A stretch of DNA of 64,000 bases from Lingula anatina (lineage: Eukaryota > Animalia > Brachiopoda). Numbering within the stretch: position 1 is the first letter of the stretch; every line of letters starts with the position of its first letter. This document shows, in pieces, positions 12,275 to 26,931 of the stretch. A model generated the notes under the pieces. It did no database searches, was not told where the DNA came from, and saw nothing but the letters and a program-made list of their open reading frames with translations. The position numbers were made by a program, and so were the translations under genes. The DNA is taken from the NCBI GenBank assembly GCA_051362555.1, contig CM120647.1, forward strand, positions 18,266,651 through 18,330,650, read 5' to 3'.

Positions 12275-13839
12275 TACTCCATATTAATGTCCACTTACAC
12301 CTACTCCATACCGCAGAACTTGCTACTGCTGCACCTAGTATTTTGCAAAGAGAGAGAGAGAGAAAGAGAGAGAGAGGGGCACAAGGGTAGACATTGTGCC
12401 TTGCTTTGCTGGCAAATCTTAACCTTAACTCAATCTTGTAACTATTCATATTTTAATATTAATTTGTTTTAAAAATGCAGTAAGAATACCTTAAATGTAC
12501 ACACCATGGGTTTGAAAATCCCAAAAATGCTTATTTTTGCCATCCATAGCTTCTCATAAAACCTATAGCTTCAAAATGATTTAACCCCTCAAATATTTTT
12601 TCTTGAGCATACCTGATGTTGTTATCTCCAATGGAGCTTATTATTGGAAAATAGTTGCTGGTAATAATGACTGGCCAGTCATTTTAAACCAAAATCAACC
12701 TTTATAAATTTTATCAAAGGTCCAATCCAAGTTCACACATCTTTTCATAAGGTTCATTTCAGGTTTCCATCCCAACTAACCCCCTACCAAGACCACAGAT
12801 TGGTTTTTCACTAAATAACCAAGGCTATTTAAGAGCACTTTTATGTTACGCAAGAATTTGTGCTTAGAACTGGGATGATCTCTGTAAGAAAATAAGTAAG
12901 GGTTAAGTAAGGATTGCACATCACATATTTCATAAGTGCTAATATGAAGAGGTTAGGCCGATTTTTTTTTTACACCTTTCTTTAGGTACAACATCAGAAT
13001 CTTGGGACGAGGGGGGCATAGAGGCCACCCACAGTTTTGGAAGTACCCTCTTCTACCTTCCAAAGACAATACAGCAAGCCTAACTTTTCTAATCATCAAT
13101 TGATGCTACTTTCGAAATGCGCACTCACAGCTACTCCATATTGTACAAATCTTCTAGGATTTTTCTAAAAGAGAGAGAGAGAGAGAGAGAGAACGAGAAC
13201 AAGGATGAACATTTTGTGCCTTGTTTTGCTGGCCAATCTTAAACTATTAGAGGGCTTTTTAACTTCAATTACATACAAGGGATGAGGACGAAAAGCTGCT
13301 TGCCTTTGGTTCTTTTTTTATTATTATTATACCTTTTTTGCAGATATTATTATTATTATTATGTTATCATTTTTCATGTTTCAAATCTCATTCCATTTAT
13401 TTTTATCTCTTTACTCTATGAACATTTTTATATTATTATATTTATCTTAAAGTTTTTCTGAACAAGGGGATGCCATAGAAACTAGTGGAGGGAATTTAAG
13501 TATGCCCAGTGTTCCCTCCTCAGGAAATAGTAAATACCTGTATTGTAACCAAATATCGATGGATAATGCACCCACCTTTCATTACTTTTTAATACACTAC
13601 ATTACATAGTTTTTTTTAATTATTTTATACTGAAAAACAATTTCATGTTTCTGAACTTTTTTGGTCTTGTGTGATTATACTCATTATATATGATTTTCTC
13701 TTTGGTCCCTTTCCTCTGTTCCACAACTCCAGGACCAATATTTATTGAGCTACCATAAACATTTCCTAGTACTACTATTTATTTATTAATAGAGTTACAA
13801 GATTTAAAACCACTCTCCATGTCAAAACTGACAATATGA

Positions 13840-14062
13840 GACCATTCCCACAGATATTTAGATCGATCTATCCTCCTGGGGAGTCTCAGTAGATTGCTGT
13901 CAGCTAAACCGGCTTAAATGTCTGTCCCCCTACTAAATGCTGTACGGGGGTAATTAACTTTTGTGTGCACTAGGCTCCCGGAAGCTGACAGCAATCTAGC
14001 GTGAACCCCCAGGGAGTTAGGTCGATCCAGATGGATCGATCTAAATCTGTGGGAACCCAGTC
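13840..14062 (+). mobile_element. MITE family A, diverged copy
   Basis: CCATTCCCACAGATATTTAGATCGATCTATCC...GATCGATCTAAATCTGTGGGAA; body matches the other copies. Confidence 0.75.
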
Positions 14063-14615
14063 TATCTGATGATCGCTGAACATACTGCTCTACATACAGA
14101 GTTGCCAACATCACAGCCCTCCAGATGCATATATTTATTGTCTGCTGTCATATTTACAATAGAAACAAGGGGAGTCTCCCCTAATTATACACAGAATACA
14201 CAGAAATCTGCACATGGCCCTCACAGTTTGAAATTGTTACTCCTGCCATTAACTTAATGTTCTTATAAGACCTTTGCTTGTGTGGTACATTTAGCCTGTA
14301 ACTATTTAATAGCCTGCCAGAGGTACGAAACAACTTTCCACACATCAACTGTAGTTTTAAAGAAAATTCAGAAATGATGCTTAGGTTACATCCCCATAGA
14401 GTCTATGAGAGACAGATTACTCGTCAGAAGGTCCAGTAGGTGTATCTATGTTCATTCTGAGTTTAATTATAATTTCCAAACCCTGAATTCAAAGTCATTT
14501 AGGAATTCGTACATCCCATCTAAGTGTAAACAACTGATACATGTACATTTTTGTGTGCAAGAACAAACAAGATTCCAATCCTTACAATTTACAAGTCAAA
14601 TCCACAAAGACTGAT

Positions 14616-17022
14616 CTAAAATATGGACCTTGTCACTCCGGAGAGTTGGTTTTCGTCAGCCAATCGCCTGAAAGGTATGCGATGCATGCGCCACCTGCGT
14701 ACGATCCCCCTGGAGGTCCCAGTTACAACGCACCGTGCTACAATTCTAATGGGGTTTGAGTTCCGTGGCAGTTCGGCAATCTCCTCGTCTGCTACATGCT
14801 GGAATGGATTAAAAGAAAATTTTGCTCAAATGAAGTTATGGTAATGGCCCCATTCAGAATAGAGTACTTACTGATCTTCTGACTACATGGCCGACCCCAC
14901 TTCAAAAGTGATGCCAAAAATTCCATGATAGTCTCCCGGTCTCCACGGGAATCAGGGGCATCACTTTTGAAGTGGGGTCGGCCATATTTAGTCGTCAGGA
15001 TTGCTTAGAACTCCGATCATCTGTTCTGAATGGTCCCAATGACTAAGACTCTATTCCCATAGATTTTAGATCGATCTATCCCCGCGGGGAGTCTCACTAG
15101 ATTACTTTCAGATAATCCGACTTAAATGTCTGTCCTGCCTACTACAAGCTGTAAGGGGTAATTAACTTTCGTGTTCGCCCGGCTGACAGCTATTTAGCGT
15201 GAACCCCCAGGGAGTTAGGTCGATCTAAAGTAGGTCATTTTAATCTATGGAAATGGGGTGTAAATCTTTTCAATGGGCAAAAATTATCAAATTTCAATTA
15301 TGTAATTTTACAATCACTAAAATTGTATAAATTTCTATATGGCATTTGTGGTGTTTTTACTATATAAAATATAACTACAAAGTAACCTATTTTTGAATTT
15401 TGTTGCTACCACTCACAAGGAAGGTTCCAATTTTAAGAAATTATAACTAAAAGAATACAGTGCCCGTAAATTCAAAAGTTTGACCTATTAAAAATTGACT
15501 AATAATCATATTTTTAAAAATATTAATGTTGATTCTTTAAGGAGAAAATATTAGCATTTAATTTTGGTCTAAGAATCCATATCAGCAAACCATTACATGA
15601 TACTGTGCAAGACAAGTGTTCACATATGGCTGATAGCCATGGAATTGGTATGTAGAACATGGGCCTTAGTAGTGGGCATGCAAATTTGCTAGGGTTATCA
15701 CACTTCTCTAAGAGGTATATGCAATAACTGTTTTGTATAAACCAATTCTATTCAAACAAATATTACATAAAAATTACAATGTGTGACTGTTATATTTAAT
15801 GAATATATGGACAAAAATTTTAAGTCGGAAAAGTTTGGACCAATGTTTGGGCTGAAGTTCTTCTTATGAAAAGGGCTCCTTGCAGTTAATTGAATTGCAA
15901 AGTACTGATTGTCTTTGATTGTGTTAGATGTCCTCTCTCTCTCTCTCTCTGTATGAGAGAGAGAATGAGAGTAAGGATTATGGGGGAGAGAAAGAAGAAA
16001 TGAGGGATGAAAAGAAGGAAAGAGCAGATAGGGGGCAGAGTACGAGAGAGTTGGAGGAAGGGAAGAGTGAAGGGGGGTGCAGAAACACACTCAAACTAGC
16101 ATAAATATGGCTTAATATTTATACTGAATTTGGTTAATTAACACTAAAAAAAACTATACCAACCCTTATTTCCTTTGGCAAAATGGTATTTTTTCGTATG
16201 CAGTTCAATCGTAATCTGTCACTGTAACCCGTTTTCACAGTTTCCCTCCTTTTGGCATCTTTCATCACAGCCCATTTGACATAGTGACTGCGTACTGGGG
16301 TTACACAAGTACTTTGATGTGGTGGTTCCTCTAAAATCCTTCCACCCAGTACACACACCTAATTATATATAATTACAAACTCATGATTCAAACTAGTCTT
16401 CATTCACATATACTCAAGACTTTAAAAATGTTTGACTTTTTAAGTAAACTAATTATTAACTAAGTTATCTATTACATGCATTTAACCCATCTATTTATTC
16501 AAACAATGTTAGGTTGGTGGACTGCTTTTCCCATGCAGCCCTAGAACTACGCCTTAGCTGTCTGGGTAAATCATAACTTATGAAATTATTCACTTCAAAA
16601 GCAATCACCGAGAGATTATTTTACAATGGCGAATCCAGGAGATGGTAGTACGGTAGGGGTGGGGGAGAACGACCCCCCCCCCCCCCAAACAGATTGCCGA
16701 CTCTTTCTTCCCACCCAACCACATAACAAGCAAATTGACTTAACTAATTTCTTTTCATCACTGTGGTCTACACACTGCAAATGAAGTTAATAATATCTTC
16801 GTCTGCCGATTCAAATTTGCCAGGACGAAACGTCGAGAGCCCAAAACCCCAGCAAAACCCTGGATCCGTCAGTATTTCATTATATCCCCTGTACTATAAT
16901 CTTAAACAAATTCTCAAAACAAAAAACAGACATAAAAGAGACACCTGTTTGGAAGGAAAGGACAAAACTCTGCTGGTCAATACGTTTCTCAACGTGCGAA
17001 CACCCAGCACGGGGGCCGCCAT
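14616..17022 (-). CDS. MRPS14: Mitochondrial ribosomal protein S14 (uS14m), 3 exons, 151 aa
   Basis: Exons 17022-16945 ([26 protein letters not shown], presequence-like, context AAAATGGCG), 16358-16164 (..[35 protein letters not shown]) and 14798-14616 ([60 protein letters not shown]). All GT-AG, phase 0. Matches human MRPS14 motifs VRSHYV, KNTILPK and VADEEIA.LPR. Confidence 0.95.
14846..15037. mobile_element. Palindromic MITE in MRPS14 intron 2
   Basis: Perfect 29-bp inverted repeat 14887-14915 / 14957-14985, plus terminal CCATTCAGAA / TTCTGAATGG. Confidence 0.75.
15047..15260 (+). mobile_element. MITE family A (Tourist/Harbinger-like), TAA TSD, in MRPS14 intron 2
   Basis: TAA at 15044-15046 and 15261-15263; near-identical (inverted) to 23448-23662. 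Confidence 0.88.
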
Positions 17023-20000
17023 TTTGGTATTCTTTCTAATAACCACACTCCCTCCTCTGTAAATGACCAGGTATTGCATCATCTTTCATCACCTCGTTTG
17101 ATGACGCGGAGTATTGCCAAATATATAGATAAAGCTTTTTGACCTAGATAAAACGCTTGGCCATGAATCGAATATTTTGTTTCCATTTGTTTTTTAAATA
17201 GTATGAAGGATAACAAAATGCACTGTTAACCTCATTTTATTTTTAGAGCATATTTTCCATATTTATAATGAAAATAATAATGATGATAAATATTAATATA
17301 TTTAAAGTTTTAAATCCAATTATGCTCAATTAATTTTTTGCAATAAAAATTAAAGAATATAAAATACACGCAAAAGAAAAAGAAAAGAATTGATAAAAAT
17401 ATTAACCAGTTCAAATTATGAATAACCAAGCAGCACGTTGTTGCATCAAGTCATTTTAAACAGTAATATTTTTAAAAATTCAAGAATCATAATTTTTAAT
17501 TGGTTTTTATTTTTATCATTTTTTTATAGATATTTCTTTGATTCCTTTTCCAAAGCATACAGAGCACTTTCATCGATTTACTTTCTGTACGCCAACGTTG
17601 TAGTAAAAAAATAAATAAAAAGAAATAAAGTATAATTAAGATAATGTAAAATAATCTAAATACTTTTGCTGGAGGCTGATCATCCACTTTATCCAATGTC
17701 TTATGCTGATGCAGTATAATACGGCCATGCATATAGGCCCCTATGTAACTTTTTAAATTCCGTGTTTAATTGTTTTTTATATAATCATTCCATACAGAAA
17801 TAAGTCAAGTTCATTTGAAATCATGAAAACAATTGATTGCAGTTTCATTCAAGACATGTTGTTAACAGGTGTTTGTAGACACAGAAATGTCCCATGAAAT
17901 GAGGCCTACTTTAATATTTTTAAAAAGGGTTTTTTAAATTATTATTTTTATTTTTTTTAATTATGATTTTTAATTATTATTAAAAAATATTGATCTAGAC
18001 TTGAACAAAGAAGTGGCAGGTCTATGATTTTAAAGAATAAACGGAGACGAGGTTTTTATGGAAGTAAAACGAAGACGATAATCGAGCCACGACGCTGTAT
18101 AGTGAAGAATAGACACACATGCAGCTATGTTCTTTCATTCAAAATACATCTTTGCTAATATCCAGTCCAGGATTTTTTCCCTCCAATTCGAATTCTTCTA
18201 CTGGCTCACAGTCTAATACATGACCCGTCCCTGCACTTGAATACTATGTTTTATCCCGTAGAACATTCAGAGCATTCCATATGTATACAGAATATATATA
18301 TATTGGCATCAGGTACTCGTATTTGAGGGGTTTTATCGTTTTTTGAGGTACTGACTGGGAAAGACGTACGTACACTGTAGTTTATAATATAGACACAGAA
18401 TAATAGCTTTGGAACATTTTAAACGCGCCCGGATAATATAGGCCTACCTTTCGATTATGTGTTCCGTTGACTAATCATCACCGTAAATTAACAATAAAAT
18501 AAGGGTGTCGATAAGGAAGCTATAGATGACTTTTAATCCAATTTTTTTCACTGCGATGAAGTCTCAGCGATGGAGCATACATGGTTACCTACATGAGAGC
18601 ATGTCTTCGGATGGTCTTGATACGCAACCAAAGAAAAGAAATAAACGAAAAAAAAAAGAAAGCAAAGAGAACAGGTTTATGTGGACGATTTTGGACGTGA
18701 TATGTGCTGGAATAGTACTGAAATTAAATTACCAGGAAAATAAATTTTGCCACATGAATGTATTATGGAAAATCTCTGCATGTACCGGCATTCATTAACC
18801 TATAGGGCCATTGTTCATATCGCTTTCATCGACATAGTAACAATTTTCTTTATTTCGAATCCTTTCACAAAATAAATAAATAAATAAATAAACAAATAAG
18901 ATATTGTCAAAGCAAAATCAAAGCATTTTGTCACGGGTTAATATTCATATCTAAAATAATTTTGATACGCAGCTGACAGCGGTCTGTGACGTTCTAAACA
19001 AAGTTTGGGGCATCTCTATAATTAATAACGATTACGGTCAAACCGGCCAAACGAGTCCCTCATAATTAAGTGTTGATGCAATCCACGTGCACCTGCGAAA
19101 TAATTGAAAGTTTATCGCGAACAAATGTACCATAAAATGGTAATTATATGCGCAGGGCCAACGACGCTAATTTAATCTGATAAGGTCCCTTGTGTGTGTG
19201 CGGAATTGGATGCAAGAGCAATATCAAAGAGGCTGCTCGCTGTTCGGTGTTGTTATCTATATTCACCGCTCGTGTGTCTAGTCTGTGTTACGTGAGCAGA
19301 GCCGACGTAGACCATGCGTGGCTTCTTAATGTTCACGCTTCCACTCGTCACGTGTTTTGCCCAATACGGAGTGTTTTCAAGTGTACCGGGGGTGGGGGTG
19401 GGGGGGTAGGGAGATTTTTATGGAACGGATCCGAAGCTTTAGGATAATGCAAAAAAACCTGCCTTAATTGGCATTTTTTATTCGAGCACAAATGGTGTAT
19501 AAAACAATATTGGATATGTTTTGATGTGTGTGTGTGTGTTATAGAGGGTTATCCCCCTCGTTGACTAGTGGCTGCTGACAGGCAATCGTCATGGAGATTT
19601 TGTCAAAAAAAAAAAAAAAACGCTGAATTAATTATAGGCCTATAGGCCATTGCTAATTGGCCTATATATCACTCGACTTTCAGTTATTGTGCCCTGTTGC
19701 TTAAATCTGCTGAAAAACACCATTTTTGTTACACAGAGAATCCCCCTCCACCCCCCCATCCCACCCACCCTCCGCCAAAAATGAGCTATCCCCACGGCAT
19801 CCCTGCCTAGCCCTCGCTGTAGACCCTAGGCTGCAGACATATAATTAATATAGTCACTGTGAATAAAATTGTTTAAATTAAAGAGGTTTATCAGCACACG
19901 GGATCAGGTCGCATTCTTTAGTGAACTTCAAGCAAAGGATCTGATAAGGCATTTCAAAAGATAATTTTCTTGTCATCAGTAAATCTCCAGTCCAGTTCTT

Positions 20001-20291
20001 CTCAGTGTCAGATGTCTTACACTGAGCGCAATTTTATCAGAAGTGATAAGTGATGCTAGGGGCGTGGGTTTACAAAATGGAACAGCAACCCCACGATGCT
20101 ACCCGAAATATTTGTTTGAACAATTATATAATTTGGCTATTGTTATGGAGAGAAAGGTCCCACTTTTTCACGTATTTTGAAAAGGTAAGGTATTAATTTA
20201 TCCTTTCTGGGCATTAAAATGAGTTGTTTAAAATTTCTTTTGAGACTACCGGAAACTGGCGGAATGCGTAATCATGCAATTGCTTAGGGGA

Positions 20292-20382
20292 TGACGTCAA
20301 TTGCAGGTACCCCTCTACTACACGTATATAAAGGAATTTCGCCATTATTCTTTCCTTTTAACCTACTCGTGGCACATAAGTG
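20292..20382 (+). promoter_or_regulatory. eEF1A core promoter: CRE, TATA box, TCT/5'TOP start and non-coding exon 1
   Basis: TGACGTCA 20292-20299; TATATAAA 20325-20332; pyrimidine tract CTTTCCTTTT from 20350; donor GTAAGT at 20383; acceptor CAG 21481-21483 upstream of the ATG. Confidence 0.8.
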
Positions 20383-21517
20383 GTAAGTGTTTGAGGTGAT
20401 GTTGGGAATCGGTTAAAACCTACTTGTAGAACGTGTCATCTTTCACCATGGTATCGATATTTTTATAGAAGAAAGATCAGAGTACACGTAGATGTTGATA
20501 TTTTTCTGTGTCGTTGTGATTTTACGCTAAAGTATGACTGTTCAAAATGTAGAAAGTTGCCGGTCATTCATTCCCTCCCAGCTGCCATTTTTACCACGTC
20601 GACAAGTTTTCGACCATCATTTTCTAGTCCACGTGTAAAATGGTCAGCAGGGTTTAAAGAATTTTGAATGTAAGACGAATGTTTTCCCTGAAATTCTTCT
20701 TAGAATTAGCAGTGTTTGTGACAATTTAAGACGTCGAGTCTTTGTTAGTTTCGGTCACACATTCCTGAGTCACGTGTGTGGAAAATGCCGGTTTTTGTTC
20801 GGTATGGACTCTTTCTACAATATAGCTGGTAACATACATCAGGTAGACCTGTTCAATATCTAAAACTTATAGTTTTGGACTAGAAATGTTTTTTTTTTTT
20901 TTCAAAATCTATGGTGTGTGCAAGGGTCAAACATAACCACATGTGTGACTACACAACATGAAAAATGATTCATTTTTAAGTCTTTATTTACTCATAAACT
21001 ATCTATTACATGTTAACTCATTTAGCTTCTCTCAAAACGATTTTTTTTTTTTTTATTTTTTTTTTTTTTATTTATTATTTTTTTTTTTTTGTGAGAAGTT
21101 ATCTTCATGAAATTTACCTTCTGAAAGGTTTTTGGTACATTTTCATTTTCTTTTTGAATGTATAATAGAAATAACTCCAAATACTTTTGAAGCTCTACAG
21201 TCGGTAAGCAAGGTAGAGTGATAAAAAGCACTACTGTTCATCTCATATCATGAATCCAGAATTAAAGAGCAAAAAATAATGGGTCAAGTTGGAATACTGT
21301 AAATAATCACTGAAGGTTCATAATGTGATTAAAGTGTGCACTTATTCCTTGTTTATGAATTTTTTTTTATATAGAAATTCTGTATCAATGTTATGACACT
21401 AGAATAGGGAAATGTGGGCTTTTTTCCTGATTTTCTGGACTGTTTTTAGCCAGTCTTACCGTTGTTGCCTTTTGTCCTTTCAGGTCGCTTGCTGCATTAT
21501 TTAATAGCATCTCTTAA

Positions 21518-25236
<3,719 letters not shown>

Positions 25237-25776
25237 CAGGCATCCTCCACGCTCGCCACAGTCTCTGAAGAGAAGAGAACCTTTGATGATGATGATGATA
25301 CCACAGCTATTATTGTAACTAAGATCCAACCACCACGATTTTCTAGGACAATGCCATTTAAATTGAAAACACCGTGCAGCAGTGTAAAAATGAATCGGGA
25401 TACCGAAGATGAAAGAGATGATGAGAACTATTCTTTAGGAAAAGGAACCTTGTGTGCCTCGGCGCCATGCGTTGTTGAGGCAACCGTTTTGAACCATCTT
25501 TTGTTCTACTGGAAGTCTTTATTTCAAAGACTTGACTTTCAATTTAATTTAAGTTGGCCTCTCTGGTTACTTAGGTCTAAGTCTCACTGGAAGGAGGTCA
25601 GAAGGAAAAGACCGTACCTAAACTTAGTTCTTAAAACGGCTTTAAATTGAAAACATTTTTAAAGCATTTCATTTCTTTTCCAGCAACAGACTTTGATTCA
25701 GGAAACGCGATACGAGTAGCGATTACATTTATTCACCCAGATGCAGGTGTTTTACTTTACTAAAAAAGAAAATGAA

Positions 25777-25782
25777 AATAAA
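25777..25782 (+). terminator. Probable eEF1A polyadenylation signal
   Basis: First AATAAA ~540 nt after the stop codon, followed by a GT/T-rich stretch (GGTTTGTGTTCGT). Confidence 0.6.
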
Positions 25783-25988
25783 AATCTTACTTAATAACTA
25801 AGGGGTTTGTGTTCGTAAATACAGAAAGCACGAGCGGATATTTAGACTATAAAGGTATAGGTCATCATTTGCTAAATTTAGATGTCCATCTGCAACAACA
25901 AGAAAAAAATTTCAAACATCTACTTAATTTGAAAATGGGCAACTGAGTCGTACAGACACGTAGTAAGAAACCCATCGAGCATGCTTCC

Positions 25989-26181
25989 TTGTTACCTCCG
26001 TCGAGGTTGTCTTCACCCCTGTTTGTCATCAAAATAACTCTGTTATGAACCGATTTTGATGAAATTTTCAGGGTGGGTGGGAAATGGATTAACTTATAAG
26101 GTTTTTGGTGGTGATCCGGATCAATAATAAGCAAAAATCGCTGCCTTGGTAGAGGTCTGCGCTCTCGGAGTGCTTTTCTAG
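25989..26181 (+). mobile_element. Short Helentron/HINE-type non-autonomous element
   Basis: 5' TTACCTCCG..GAGGTT subterminal IR; 3' CCTTGGTAGAGGT, hairpin GCGCTCTCGGAGTGC and CTAG|TT end. A 5' fragment of the same family (TTATTACCTCCGCCAAGGAGGTTATGTTTT) is at 34784-34814. Confidence 0.65.
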
Positions 26182-26931
26182 TTTGTTGCATGCAACTCTT
26201 TTTCATCTAATAAGTAAGGTATTCGTAGACAATCTAAGTATTCACTATAACCGTGCAGCCGTCGACTTGACTAAAATCGACGTTTTTTCTGAAGATGAAT
26301 GTAAGACTGCCTAAATTTTACTAATACATCAAAATCGCATCGAGGTCTACGACTGCGTTGAAAGAGCAGTACATATGAAAAATAAAAATTTGTAGATTAA
26401 ATTCTATAAGAAATTCTGTACTGTAGTCCTCTCAAAACGAAGTGGGAGGTCGCAAATCTGACCCTCGTTCGTTACTTTTGGCCAGTAGATATCACATAAA
26501 ATCGTCCCAAAACGTTGATAGTTTACGCTTTCTTTGCTTTTTACCTCACAGACTCGATTTTGTAAGGAATTGCATGATGTAAAAATTCCAACGTAAGCCG
26601 CTGACTCCTACGGGTCACCAAATACATTCTACTACTGCGAGGTCCCATAGTTATTACATTTTGAAGGCATATGCAACTAGCATCAAACTAAAAAGAAAAG
26701 GATTATAAACATAAGAAACACTTTTAAAAGTCTGATATTGGTTTTTAGCAACAACGCCCCCTCCCCCTCCCCCGCGCGCGCGCGCGCACACACACACGCA
26801 CACGCCTCTTTGTCCACATTTTACTGGAGATCACAACTCCGCACTTATATATCACAGCTCCGCAGTAAATGAACAACTTTCGTCTCGCAATCGGCATGGG
26901 GGAATCACACGGAGTGTAAAAGAAAGAAAGA

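Noticed and set aside
16770-16893. Apparent extra minus-strand exon ([18 protein letters not shown]..) 51 nt after MRPS14 exon 1
   Set aside because: MRPS14 homology is complete without it, the intron would be very short, and the frame ends in a stop.
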